Shown here piece after piece: positions 29,888 to 43,279 of a DNA stretch of 64,000 bases. The notes under the pieces are model-generated. The model worked only from the letters and a program-made list of their open reading frames with translations. It was not told the origin of the DNA and ran no database searches. Positions within the stretch are counted from its first letter, which is position 1, and each line of letters starts with the position of its first letter. Both the position numbers and the translations under genes were made by a program. Origin of the DNA: Paramecium tetraurelia (lineage: Eukaryota); assembly GCA_000165425.1 (NCBI GenBank), contig CT868649.1, positions 434,001-498,000 on the forward strand. Reading direction: 5' to 3'.

Positions 29888-30955
29888 TTTCGCTTCCTTC
29901 ATTCATCAAACATCAATTTGGCGTTCCTCAAAAGCTCTTGAAGCAACGAACGAAAATGATAATAGACACTGATTCTGGAGGTGATGATATACATGCTTTA
30001 TTGACAGCATTTGATTTGGCAGCCAAGAAAAATATAGAAATAATAGGTATCACTTGCATTAAGTATTCTCTCCCTCTGATATAATAGTGGAAACTCTTAA
30101 ATAGAAGATGGAATCAAGAATATTACAATTGTCTAAAAAATTGCTGGAGTGAATATACCAATTTATAAAGGATGTGATAGAAATTTAAAATAAAAGATAA
30201 CTTTAAGCTCAAAATTCTTTGGTGATGATGGATTAAGCGGACATTAAGAAAAATATCTAAAGGAACTCAATATATAGTAATATCAACTCTAACAATAACA
30301 TGCTGTTGATTTTTTGATAGAAAGTGCTCTAAAATACAAAGAAGATTTGGTAATCATTTGTCTAGGGGCATTGACAAATGTAGCATGTGCAATGATGAAG
30401 ACAGCAGAATTTGAAGAGAATATTGGTCTGGTCATTGGCTTATGTGGAAATGTTTTAGGATTGGGATTTATGAATGATGGAGTAGCTGAATATAATGTTC
30501 ACACAGATCCAGAAGCTGCTCATCTTGTCTTTAAGGTTTTAGCTAAGAAGCTAATTGTCATACCTTATGAAGCCGTTATCTCAGTTTCAGAATTCACAGT
30601 AATCATGTCCTATATAATCAGATAACTAAAGTTTTTGAATAGGATACAACTATTAAAGGCAAATTTGTCAAAGAAATTTATGAAGGAATGAAAACTGCCA
30701 ATAATAGATACGATATCCAAGATCCATTATGCATTCTTGCAGCCACTATGCCAGATATCATCACTGAATTCGTTGAAAGACCTTGTAATGTTATTTTAGA
30801 AGGAGAAGGAAGAGGAATGGTCTCAGTCAAATGGTTAGACAAAGACCCACAAGCAAGTATTAAGCATCATTAATAATAAACTAGATCAAGTGACCTTCAT
30901 CCTAAAAGTTGATGAAAATCAATTAATATAAACTCTACACAATGTTGTAGGTTGA
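29884..30955 (+). CDS. Inosine-uridine preferring nucleoside hydrolase family
   Basis: MIIDTDSGGDD (DxDxxxDD), GITCINGN, PIYKG, LGALTNVA, AEYNVHTDPEAA; three micro-introns. Confidence 0.93.
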
Positions 30956-31225
30956 TCCCCAATACACATTAAAAAAAGTATCCTATTTAATTCAAAATTT
31001 ACCATCCTTCTCATTCTATGAATTCTTGGTTTGTAATTCTGAATAATAAAATTGTTTTTTATCATCTGATCTGTAGAATAGTTTATTGAAAGCCTTAGTT
31101 TTGTCGAATTCTCAAACATAATCTTTTACGAATTGATTTATTAGTTTGAAATTACCCTTTATTTGACTAGCTCATCTAAATTTACTAAATTGATAATTAA
31201 TATACGTTAAATTTTTTCTTCTTTA

Positions 31226-32121
31226 ATGCAATTTGTAAGTGATGCAAAGTTAAATTAGGAAACGGAGGCTAATTCAAAAATAACAACTTTAGAGAGTAAC
31301 ATGTATTTTTAACATAGATAATATCAATAAAATCATTAATGAGTAGGATGGATTAATGAAATAGATTAAACTATTTGAAGAGGTTCACAAAATCGAAGAA
31401 TAAATTCACCTTTTATAAAACAGAATAGATGATTATGAAAATTGTGGGAAGCATAAATCTAGTAAACAAAATAATTCTTAATTATCATATCAAATTAAAT
31501 AACTCGAATCAAGAATGATTGAGATGGACAATTAGATTTTGAATTCTAAAACATAACCTAGACGTCCTGAAATTCTTTAAATTGAAAACACCTTTAAAAA
31601 GAACATGAACTCTGTTAAATTAGAGGTGCAATAAGAATATAAAAATATTTATAAAGTATTTGCTTTATTAAGCCTAGGAAATGAATGGATTGCGATGCGA
31701 TTTAGATTATGTAATTAACAGTTAAGTGAAGTAAAAGATTACTAATAAAATTAAATCTTAGAATATTAATCTTGACAATAATAAGCTACTATTTATAAAT
31801 TTATTAGAATTAGAAACTTTTATTGAAGAACTTGATTTATATGAAAATCAAAATACTCAAAGGTTTCTTGAAGAATTGATTAATTGTGATTCAGAAAAGG
31901 CTAAATCACTCAATTATTAATTGGCAGGAACCAAAAGGAAATATTTAAGTGAAATTAAGAAGATTGAACATAAATTTAAAATTCTAGCTGAATTGGTACA
32001 AACCCAATCCCCATAAGAAAAATATACTATATAATTGAACTGCCAAATGAATCAAATAGTTTAGAGATTGCATAAAAATATTGATATGTTACTATTAAAG
32101 ATTAGTGAATAATTACGATGA
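31226..32121 (+). CDS. Hypothetical coiled-coil protein
   Basis: ATG plus micro-introns (e.g. gtaagt..attag) give an E/Q/K/L heptad-rich frame ending at TGA 32119-32121. Confidence 0.7.
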
Positions 32122-32129
32122 AATATAAA

Positions 32130-33504
32130 TCACTCCTAAAATTTCTCTATTAACTGTTATTAAGTACTTATTATTTCTAGTAATTAATACATAGTCTCCT
32201 CAATAGGTAATTCTATAACCATTGGTTTATAATCATGATATTTTTTTTTCCTTTGCATTCTTATTATTGCAATAATCATGATTATGGTTTTCTTTAGAAT
32301 GGTTTTTTATTCATTATGAGTTGGGTCTGATTAGAGAATTTGATGATTTAGATTTCTAACTCTAAAAATATAGATAATAAACGATTCAACAATTTATGTT
32401 AGGAACATATTAATCGATTAGATTTTAATAAACTTGCTGGTTCTAAGTATATCTTATTTAGCATTGCTTTGATAAAAATTATTATAGCTGTTTACTTTGC
32501 TACTTAAAATAGTATTATTTGCATTATTATTATTATTGTAAAAATATTAATTTTAATTATTATTGTTATTATTATTGTTTAATAATAAAGTGTCTTATGT
32601 AGAAATATTAAATTAGTATTGAAATTTGATATGTTGCTCTAACATCTGATTATATTTATGAATTAACGAATCAAATTGTTTTACAAGCTTATTATATTTA
32701 GATTAATTATTAAGATCTAGATTGATGTCATGATATTCTTTCAGTAGAACAATCAATTGATTAGTCTCATTATTGATATATGTGAGATGAATGCAGTAAT
32801 CATTCAAGAATCGTTTGATAATCTATTGTATCTCATTTTTATTTGATAGATCAATGTGTTGCTATTACTTTCCTACAATTTCCTATCTGCAATATATTTT
32901 ATTATTAATTAGCAAATTAATGGTTATATTAACTTTGCAATAATAAATTTTATTTTTCAGACACCAAAATCAGGTTATCCTTTTGTAAATCATTAACTTA
33001 TTTTTGTAAAATGGTGATGGCGTTTTCCTATTCAATACTTTGCTTCTTTCTAATTTTTGATCTTTCATGATACTTATTAGCTAATCCTAAGAGTTTTTCT
33101 CTTTCAGTTTTTAATTTAGTTACTTCATCTAAACTTATTGAATATTCTGAATTTTTAGTTTTCATATTGGCTTCATAATTCATAATTCTGTCTTTCATAA
33201 TGTCATATTCTTTGACTAAATCCGCATATTATAATTTTAGTTGAGTATTTTATTGTGTTAGTTAGGAACTGATTTAAATTAAGTATTTAATTCTCTTTTC
33301 TAAAGAGGCTACTTTAATTCTGTATTCTTATTCTTAAAACTCCTGTCTTTTTTAGAGCATTTAGATGATCTGATTGAAATATTGATCATGTTAATTATTT
33401 TCATTTGAGTAACAATTTTCAACTGAATCCATTTGAGTAAACACAGTGTTGCTCTTTTCTCTGTTTGAAGGAGACTTTTATGGTTATGATTAATATTATC
33501 TCAT
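32130..33504 (-). CDS. Hypothetical coiled-coil protein
   Basis: Q/E/K-rich table-6 frame from MRQYQSQPQKSPSNREK to …IEKFQE*; convergent with upstream gene, 8 nt between stops. Confidence 0.7.
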
Positions 33505-33668
33505 TTAATAATTAGATAAAATTTGGTATTCAAGAGGTGAATCAATGATGTTTTAGAATTACGATTGAAATAAATTGAATTAAGAGTATTGAAAAGAATG
33601 AGAAGGATACTGCTTAGTTAGAGAAAGGGAGTAATATAAGTTTAATAAATATTGATTAAATAAAATAA

Positions 33669-34759
33669 ATGATTGGCAAATAAATCTTTCGTGCATTTTC
33701 ATCGACCACAGCTCCTTATGTGTGGGTTAACAAACATACGAAGGTGATCTGTTAAGGTATCACTGGTAATTAGGTATTGCTTGATATTAAATAATAATAG
33801 GGTACCTTCTAAACAGAATAAGCATTAAACTATTTCACAAAGATGGTTGGTGGAGTGTCACCTAAGAGTAAGAATTGAAACAATAAAATAGAGGCTGGAA
33901 GCACTCATCTAGGATTACCTGTATTCAAGAATTGTCAAGAAGCCAAACAAAACACAGGATGTGATGCCTCAGTTATTTATGTTCCTCCTCCTACAGCTGC
34001 TTCAGCTATCATTGAAGCTATTGAAGCCTAAATTGGTTTGGTGGTAATTTTACTATTTGTATGTAAAAGGTTGTTATTACAGATGGAATCCCATAACATG
34101 ATATGATTAAAGTGAAGCATGCATTGAGATCTTAATCAGTCACTCGTGTCATTGGTGTATGTTCATATTGTTTATAATTTAGCCTAATTGTCCAGGAATC
34201 ATTAAACCAAATGAATGCAAAATTGGTATCATGCCTGGATACATTCATTAAAATGGAAAAATTGGTATTGTCTCTAGATCTGGTACTCTCACTTATGAGG
34301 CTGTTGATTAAACAACAAGAGCTGGATTAGGATAATCAACTGTTGTTGGAANNNNNNNNNNNNNNNNNNNNNNNNNNNNNNNNNNNNNNNNNNNNNNNNN
34401 NNNNNNNNNNNNNNNNNNNNNNNNNNNNNNNNNNNNNNNNNNNNNNNNNNNNNNNNNNNNNNNNNNNNNNNNNNNNNNNNNNNNNNNNNNNNNNNNNNNN
34501 NGATCAAGTAAAATAATCCCAAAAATAAACCAGTTGTTGGTTTCATTGCTGGTATCACTGCACCCCCTGAAAGAAGAATGGGACATGCAGGAGCTATTGT
34601 ATCTAGTAATATTACTATTTTATTCATTCTTTAGAGGGAAAGGGAAGTGCCCCAGAAAAAATTAGAGCTCTTGAATAAGCAGGAATCAGAGTTGTGAAAT
34701 CACCTGCTTAGATTGGTAAAACTATGTTGGAAGTTATGAAAGAAAGAGGATTGGCATGA
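33669..34759 (+). CDS. SUCLG1: Succinate--CoA ligase alpha subunit, mitochondrial (interrupted by assembly gap)
   Basis: [54 protein letters not shown] (phospho-His motif); N-terminal transit-like peptide. Confidence 0.96.
34352..34501. other. Assembly gap (150 N)
   Basis: Run of N inside the succinyl-CoA ligase gene. Confidence 1.
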
Positions 34760-35116
34760 GTATCATTTAATTTTATCAATAGTATTTATTCATTATTTAA
34801 CTATTCTAATTAATCTTATTCATCTAAGTACTCTTAATATCTATTTAAATCAAATTTTTAATACCGATGTTTTCTATAAATATGGATTGTAATGAACTTG
34901 ACTCTTATGCAACTAATTTATATAATTACTTTTATAATTAATTAAAATTCTTAATAATTATTTGAAAAATAGATGAGAGAATTAGTTATATAAAAATTAT
35001 AAAATTAGTAAGTGATGGAGAATTATTATTATGATTTATTTGAATAAATTAAAATAAAAAGATGGCGCATATAATTATTAAACAACACTATAAAAATGAA
35101 ATTGTTAAGAAAAATT

Positions 35117-35123
35117 TGATTGG
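35117..35123 (-). promoter_or_regulatory. Inverted CCAAT box (TGATTGG) upstream of histone H4
   Basis: TGATTGG ~85 nt before the H4 ATG; CCAAT elements are common in histone promoters. Confidence 0.35.
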
Positions 35124-35206
35124 TTAATTTTGGCACCATTTGGATTTTGATCCCATTTACAACCTCCAGTTTTTAATTATCTTTATTTAATTCAAAATAA
35201 AGATAA

Positions 35207-35515
35207 ATGGCTGGAAAATCAGGAAAAGGAATCGGCAAAGTCAGTGCAAAAAGACATGCTAGAAAACCAAACAAGGCTTCAATTGAAGGAATCACTAAAC
35301 CTGCTATCAGAAGATTAGCTAGAAGAGGAGGAGTCAAAAGAATTTCATCATTCCTCTATGATGACTCAAGAAATGTTTTAAAGAGCTTTTTGGAGAATGT
35401 TGTCAGAGATGCTATCACATACACTGAGCATGCTAGAAGAAAGACAGTCACTGTTATGGATGTTGTTTACTCATTAAAGAGATAAGGAAGAACTCTCTAT
35501 GGATTTGGTGCATGA
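35207..35515 (+). CDS. H4: Histone H4
   Basis: [19 protein letters not shown]…[12 protein letters not shown]…LKR(TAA=Q)GRTLYGFGA*; intronless. Confidence 0.98.
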
Positions 35516-35539
35516 GTTTTATTTTCATTAAGGATTAAT

Positions 35540-36230
35540 TAATTTACCTTAACTTTCTCCATACACATGGTTCTTTTCTTTTGAATCATTTTCCTTCACT
35601 TTTTGCTTAAGCAACATTTTCATTTTATTACTATATATTGAGCTCAAATAAAATTCTTAAATAAATGATTATCATTATAATAGTTGTTTCTATCAGCTCC
35701 TCCTCTCTCTCCTTCCTGATATCTCACAGTTCTTTCAAGTATTTCAAAATTTTAAGAGCCAAATAAAGCTTACTTTTAATTGGCTTGATTAAATTAAATT
35801 GGATTAATTAAACATATAATAACCCATAATAGGTATAGAAAACAGAATATCGAGTACAGTTGAACATTTAAATCGGATATAATACTAAAATCAAGTAGAA
35901 ATTCAGGTATTGATATTTCTGTAAGTTTTTAATACAATTTTTTGAAATCAATTAAATATTTCTTAAATCCTTTTGTAATAACTTGGAAAAGAAGTTAAAA
36001 ATTTGAGTTTATTCAAAGATCATCAAATTTTAGTACCTTTAAGATGTGATTAATATAATTTAACAAAAAAAAAGACTTTTATTTAATTTATTTATTATTT
36101 TTAACTACCAAGTATTGTATAACTAATCGAATTTCCTAAATTATTGGATCTCAATATCCTCTTTGTTTTGGATGTTAAACCAATTAGAATCGAATGGTAT
36201 TTCTATAAGAATTTATTGAATTTTAATTTA
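35540..36230 (-). pseudogene. Possible gene relic
   Basis: Fragments such as FEILERTVRYQEGERGGADRNNYY with nearby TGA stops in all frames. Confidence 0.25.
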
Positions 36231-36289
36231 TTGCATGAAAGTACTAAGAAAAAAACAAAAAATTTATTTTTAATTAAATCTTTTTCAAA

Positions 36290-36771
36290 ATGAAAACTCA
36301 CGTCGAAGTCTCAAGTTAAAGAAGAAAGGGCAGAAGAGCCCAATTGGGAGCACCATCAAACCTTAGATATAAATTAATGAGTGCTCATCTTTCAAAGGAT
36401 TTAAGAAAGAAATACAATGTTAGAGCATTACCTGTAAGAAAGGATGATGAAGTCACAGTTGTTAGGGGTATAGTAATAAATTGAGAATAGGCACACATAA
36501 GGGTACAAAGGGTAAAGTTTCTTCGGTTTATAGAAAGAGGTGGACTATTTAAATCGAGAAACTCACAAGAACAAAAGCCAATGGTAAATTAATAATTGTT
36601 ATTGTAGGAATGCCATACTAAATCCCAATCAGAGCATCATAATGCATCATCACAAAACCCTACCTCAATGAAGACAGAAAATAATTGTTAGCAAGAAAGG
36701 CCTCAGCCAAGGTTTCAACAAAAGGAAAGGGTGAGAAACACACCACTGAAAGCACTAAGAAAGCTGATTGA
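36290..36771 (+). CDS. RPL26: 60S ribosomal protein L26 (uL24)
   Basis: [17 protein letters not shown]…[31 protein letters not shown]…; two micro-introns. Confidence 0.97.
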
Positions 36772-36851
36772 TTTATTAAAATATAGAAGTACATTAGAAA
36801 TATTTTTGTTGGCCACATATAATTAAATAAAGTAACATACATAGGTTTAGA

Positions 36852-38084
36852 TCATTATTCATCATCTTCTAACTAAAATCCATTAAATTTTTTTAAATTT
36901 TCCAAATTCGGAAAATGCTTCTCAAAGTTTTTGGCTAGATTCAAGACCTTGGCTGCAGTTTCTATTAACTAATCTGGATCGACTTAAATGATTTAAGCAA
37001 CATCTTTAATCTTGTAATTTAATATAAAATTATACTTAACTATCAGCATTAAAACTAGAATCTAATTGTTCTACTATTTTAAATGCAACGAAAATGGAAG
37101 CAGCAGCCAATAAAGTGTAGTTAGTTTTCCCGCAAATTTCATAATCATACAGTACCATTTTTGAGAGATACAAACACAATCTTTTGAGATATTTATAGTT
37201 TTTCTCTTGTAGTCTTTATTCAATAAAACAATTTGTTAGTATTAGATTATACATATCATAAAGAGTACCACCAACCAAATCAAAACCTATAGTTTACAAA
37301 ATATCACTCTCCTTCTTTTTTATTTGATCTGTGGATAGTTTTTTATGAGCAATCTTATCATAAACAACAGATAATTTCAGAGGATGAATTTCCTCATATT
37401 TAGCAGCAATAAACATAGAGGTTACACCACATAGATGTAAATCAGATACTTCTAATTGTTTGATGCTTTTTGAAAAATAGAAATCCATTGTCCTTACTGC
37501 TACAAAAAATGTTTAATCTGAGCATTTATAGGAACATAGGACTTCCACCATCCAATCAATCATTTTGGCTCTCAAATTGCTTGGAACTGAGTGATTCTTT
37601 AGCCATTCTAAAGGTGTTGACTTTTTCTAATGAAATTTTAATCATCAATACCTCTTGTTCTTTTAAGTAGAAAAATATTTCATCTGTATATAATTTTTAG
37701 AGATTCTTATTTTCCTAAATAGTATGATCGAATTTCTCCTTAATTGTAACTGCAGAGAATTCTTAGGGGAGAGTATAAATTTTAGTTGCGATGACTTTAT
37801 GCTAAGGCACATTCTCCTTATCTTCTAGAACATCTTAATTGAGAGATCGCTTGACTCTTTCTTATTTCCGCCTTAAATCATTATTACTGCCAAGCATTGA
37901 CTTATTAATTTGTTGGGTGTCTTGATTCCAATAAGATATCATTTTTACCTTCATTGTACAATTAAGTTAAATTCCTTCTTACAGGGTCTCTCTTTTCAAT
38001 ATAGGTTTTGGTTATTCTTCTAAGAGGTTATTATGATTGATTATCTGGTACTCCACTTAGAGATCTGTTGTATTTGATTTCCAT
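36852..38084 (-). CDS. Cyclin (A/B-like cyclin box)
   Basis: LRAKMIDWMVEV…TFFVAVRTMDFY…LHLCGVTSMFIAAKYEEIHP. Confidence 0.93.
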
Positions 38085-38340
38085 AATTTATTCGTTAAAA
38101 TAATTAACGTCGCGCAAAATTAAGAGTAATATATTCTTGATGAATAAAATTATTAATAAATTTTGAATTTGTTAAGTGTTGACATAGTTTGGTGTCACTG
38201 TCTTCTCTAAATCATTAAAGGAATTGCAATATTACTTTATTAATACATAATCTAAATTGAAGTAAGTTTTAAAAATAATAGTTAGTTTTTTATTATATAT
38301 CAATCTCCGATTCTAATATAATAAATAAATTAAAAGCCCT

Positions 38341-39751
38341 ATGTTCTAATATCTAGTATTATTTCTATCTCAATGCTATATGTTGTCAGTAATTAATGTA
38401 GATATAGATTTTATGGACAGTGTGGAACTTTTTGAATTGGAAAGTAGTGAATATATGATAACCCAAATTGTTAATAATGCTACTTTCTACCTGACAGTAG
38501 ATGCATATGACATTCCTAGATATATAATTTTGGAGTAAGATAATAGTAATAACTAGAATATAATTTACATACCCCAAAGACGGAGATGTGAACTTCCTTA
38601 TGTCAGTCGGGAGAAATCAATTAACCAAATTGGAAAACTCTAATATCATAACTACATATGCTGATTATAATGGTTTTTATCTCCATAAAAACTATCATAA
38701 TATTATCATTCCAGCTAATTCATTCAAATCAGGAGATAAGTTCTACTTAACCAATTTAATAAGAAATGATAGACGCACATATTAATACTTTCTTAAAATA
38801 CGAAAATTACCATACCAACCTTGTCCCAAAAATTGTTCTTCAGATTCAGGTAAATGTTTTGATGGAATATGTTCATGCAATGAGAATATAATTGATTTAG
38901 ATTGCTCTAAGGAAGGTTAAGCTATAAAATTGGACGAGAAAATTGAAAATTTGACAATATTAGGGACTAAATACTTTTATTTTTAATAACCTACATAATT
39001 AGAAAAAATTGTGTTTGAAATGGGTTTGGAAAAAGATTATTAGTAAGAGATTACTTAAGTCACTCTTTATTACATGTTTGAGAATTTTATATACGGTGTT
39101 CCAACTCAATATTATACGAATTTCACTTTCACAAAAGATCTAATGTCTAATTCAATAAAGTTCGATGTCTCAAAATTAACTTATAATTCAAATCTATTAA
39201 GGTACTTTCTAATTTGATTTAGATTTAATCGTCTGATTTTTGGTCTAGTTACAGAGAAAGAGGTGAGATGTAATTTTTATATTACTTCAAATTCATCTAA
39301 TGAATCAAATGATGCTGACTTAAATATAATACTATTTGTTACAATTTCAATCGTGCTTTTTATAATCTTTTTGATCATTTTCATTGTCATAATTAGACGC
39401 AGATTTATTGCGAGATAACAGAATTTACGTATAATTCCAGATTAAGAAGTTAATCTTTCAATTTAATTTTTAACAAGATACATGAAAAAAGCTGCAAAAA
39501 GAAAAAAAGATCAATAAACTTGTTCAATTTGTTTGGATGATAAAAAGGGTGATCTGAGATAAACACTTTGCAAACATCAATTTCATGTTGATTGTCTATA
39601 TAACTGGTTAATTAAGTGTGAGGCACAATATAAATGTCCAAATTGCCGAGAAATTATTGATTTAGAAAAAATAAAAAAGTCTTTCAAACCTAAATCCTGT
39701 CAAGTAATGGATGTTAGTTAAGATAGCAGTTTAGATTAAATGATCGATTGA
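38341..39751 (+). CDS. Type I membrane RING-H2 E3 ligase with extracellular EGF-like domain
   Basis: Signal-like N-terminus; CPKNCSSDSGKCFDGICSCNENIIDLDCS; TM IILFVTISIVLFIIFLIIFIVII-RRR; CSICLD…CKHQFHVDCLYNW…CPNCR. Confidence 0.88.
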
Positions 39752-39871
39752 AGATTAGTTTAACGATTATGAATTGGACATAAACTATGATATATTTTAT
39801 ATATATAAAGTTTAATTCTTTATTGAATTGTTAATAGTTAAATTTTATTCTAAATTTTATAATATATTTAT

Positions 39872-41510
39872 ATGAATCCTCAATCAACAAAGAATAAAGA
39901 TAAAGTCAAGCAGCATTTCAAAATTTCAGAATTTATTTTAGAAAAACTATTAAATGACTTTGGCTAGAAACCTATTGACAGAAGAGTATTCAATATATTT
40001 AACTAAGTTAATAACTTGCTATGTGAATGATTATAAATCTAAATATTCATCTTACAACGAACAAGGAGTAAGGTAACTAAAAATTGAACTTAAATCTGCT
40101 TTACTGAAAACTGACTCTGAGAAAGAGTAGATAATGGCGAGTCTTATTAGCAACTTTAATTCTCAATTGTTACAAAAGGATTAACAATCAAATGTAAAGA
40201 AATAGAAGAATAACAGAAATGCATAAATGGCCACTCTTCCACAAGAACAGCATAATCAAAACAATAATTTGGCTTACCATGAAATACATAGACAAGAATC
40301 TTTGGCCTCTGAAAATCGATAGAAGTCCATTTATGAGATTGAGGATGATAACTAAGATGAATGGGCAGCCATTATTAAATATGATACAGCAAAGTATTAA
40401 AAGGAGTAATTAGAAACGAAGAAGAAATAATAAATTATGAAATAAAAGTTAAAAGAAGATTTGGATAAACAATTATACGAAAAGGAGTAATAAAAAAGAG
40501 AAGAAGAAATGAAGGAAGCATTATTTGCTTAACAAAATTAATAGCGTAAAATTGAATTTGAATAATTGGAGAAATAGAAAAAAGAATCATAAAAGCATAA
40601 ATAATTTGAAGAAAAAAAGTTAAGGGATGAACAAGTACAACTTGAAAAAATAAGAAAGTAATCTCAGAATAATATTATAACTTAGAAAGGAGATCTAAAT
40701 GTAGTCTAAATTAAAGGAGGATGAAATTTTATAACAATTAAAAAATGAGATCAATCGAGAATCTCTTGAACTTAACAAAAAACGATAGGAATAAAAGGAA
40801 AAGTTCTAATAAATACTTAAAGAGAATGAGTTACTCAGATAAAAGGTAATTTAATATGAAATTTATAAAGGCTCAAGATGATTTGAAACAACAAAGAGAT
40901 CTTGATTAGAAAATACAACAATTAGAGTTACAAAGATAAATTCTAGAGGATGAAAAGAGGGAGAATTAGAAAAAGGAAAGGGAAGAGAAGATTAAATAGT
41001 TCATGAGCAATTATAGCTTTTAAGTGCTTAGTAAATAATAAGAGCAGGAGGAAAATGAAGGAAAATATTTAGTAGAACAATTAAAGAAATAAGAACAATT
41101 AGAAAAACAATAAGAATTGGATAAGAAATAAAAGGAGAAACAAAAAATGGAATTGATCAAAGAATAATTGTAATTGCAAATCCAATAAAAATAACAAAAA
41201 AAGTTAACAGAAGAGGAAGAATAAAAGATGTTATTCATTCAATAACAACTTGATATACTAAACTTCTCTTAGAAGTAGTAAGAAAAATAGGAAGTAAGTT
41301 ATTATGCTATATACTTCATAGTCAATCAGGAAAAGTCGTAAATAGAACTAAGATGATATTAAAAAATAGATTGAAGAGTCAAGGAATAAAAGTTTGCATG
41401 AAAAAATGTCTAAGTTGGAGTTACTCTAAAATAAAAGACTCTTAAAAAACATTGCAAATGATTAGGAGATAAAAACTAAATTTAGAAAAGTCAATGTTTC
41501 TTTAAAATGA
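39872..41510 (+). CDS. Charged coiled-coil (trichohyalin-like) protein, possibly ciliary/cytoskeletal
   Basis: E/K/Q/R-rich frame with micro-introns; DNQDEWAAIIKYD followed by long helical runs. Confidence 0.75.
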
Positions 41511-41748
41511 TTAAAATTTTAAGTTATATTTTTCATAATATGCTGTTTTAAAGAGGAGATTAATAAAATGCTAAAATATTTTAACTCATTAAAATTTAAC
41601 TGTTATATTTTTAGGTATAAAATTATTTAATTAAAATAAAACATTACATTAAATTGAAGCTAATCTACATTTATCTGTATTAAATATTCAATTATTATTT
41701 TAATATATTTCTAATTAATCAATTATCAATAATTGTTATATATTATAT

Positions 41749-42546
41749 ATGATCTAATCTAATTTTCAATTAAACTGTGATCATACTACAAGTCCAAATC
41801 AAAAATAGATTATGATATTAATAATAATAAATTAAATTCAATCGTCATTTCTTTCTTAGCAGTGTATGAAATTAGGTTAATTTTAATCATCAGAAACTAC
41901 ATTTAATACTTAAGAATGTACAAATGCTACAGAAAAAATTGACATATCGCAAAATTTAAATTTTAGAGATGTACAAAATTTATATACATGCGATTAATAA
42001 TCTGACAACTCTGTTGAATTACTCATACTTAGCAATCAACATCCAGAAAACGAATGGATAAAAATAGAGCAAGAGATTGTAGCATATTTAAAATCATTGG
42101 GTATACGAATGAAAACAGACCCTTTGGAAAAGCAAGAGAAGTTTTTTAAAAAACCCAAGAGAAGAGTGAATAAATCCAGTACAATGACATTCAATACTCC
42201 ATTAAATAATGAAGATAATGATAATACGGAATCAACACGGCAAACCATTCAACAAATGAGTATAGAAATGAATTCGATCAAATAACGACGAACTCCAAAC
42301 GCAACTCCTTAAAGTTCTCCTTTGATCACTAAAAACCTGGAGTTATAAGAACCCTTAAAAAAATAAAGAATGTCGATATTTTAGAAGATGAAAGGCTAGT
42401 CATAAGCATTCTCTTCTGATGAAGAGGAGATTCAAGAAAATATGAAAAGAAATTAATATCAATTTGGCAATGAATAGTATGATGGAAAAAGCGATTCGAG
42501 TGAAAATAATATCGAGACAAACTATTTCTAAAATATATGTGAATGA
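41749..42546 (+). CDS. Hypothetical protein (~265 aa; start uncertain)
   Basis: Open table-6 frame containing ORF-track fragment 42097-42285; ends at TGA 42544-42546. Confidence 0.65.
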
Positions 42547-42563
42547 TATATATAGTAACTATA

Positions 42564-43201
42564 TCATTTTATTCCTGCTTATTAGAGTTTTTACATTAAC
42601 TATTATATTTTACTATCCTTTAACTTAACTAGTTATTCTAATTTTTATATTTTAAGTTCTAGAATCTCTATAGTTTCCTTCTAATCTTGGATTATCAAAT
42701 CTTTCTCGTTTGATTTGTTATTGGGTGCCTGTTTATTACTACCTTTATTTTGATTCTGCTAAACTTCAACCGGCTTCTCCTATTGATGAATCTAATTTTG
42801 TTCTTTGTTATCCAAAAACATTGATATTTTCACCTAAACAACTTTGAGAATTCTCTCTACTGCTTCAGGCACAACTGAAATTACGGCATCAATATCTTTT
42901 TAAGTAATTTAGAAACCCATCTTTCTAAAGACCTATATATCTGGATTAGTATACTTACTTTTGTATTCAAAGTATTCCAATTGTACTATTTCTATTGAAC
43001 AGAATGAGCTAAGCTATAATTATGTATATCAACTATTCTGGGTATATAATGTTGAACTATTTCAGCCATCAAAACTCCATCTGCAAAATCTCTTCCTATA
43101 TGTCTTTTAGGTCTTGATAAAGGTATAGTATCAACCCAATTATAAATTTCATTTAATTCATCTTCATTCAAGGGAGGAGCATCCATATCCCTGTTTGTCA
43201 T
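42564..43201 (-). CDS. SPEF1: SPEF1/CLAMP-like calponin-homology microtubule-binding protein
   Basis: IYNWVDTIPLSRPKRHIGRDFADGVLMAEIV…HNY…KQYNWNTLN; C-terminal KETIEILELKIQKLEQLVKLKDSKI. Confidence 0.92.
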
Positions 43202-43279
43202 TGTTAATTAGATTTAATTTAAAATTTATTCTGAACTAACTAACTTTTCATAATAAATAGAGAACACATAACCATATTA

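Noticed and set aside
34352..34501. N gap hiding an insertion or IES
   Set aside because: Gap size roughly matches the missing conserved ~45 aa of succinyl-CoA ligase; contents unknowable
35207..35280. Divergent histone H4 N-terminal tail
   Set aside because: Divergent H4 tails are an established ciliate trait
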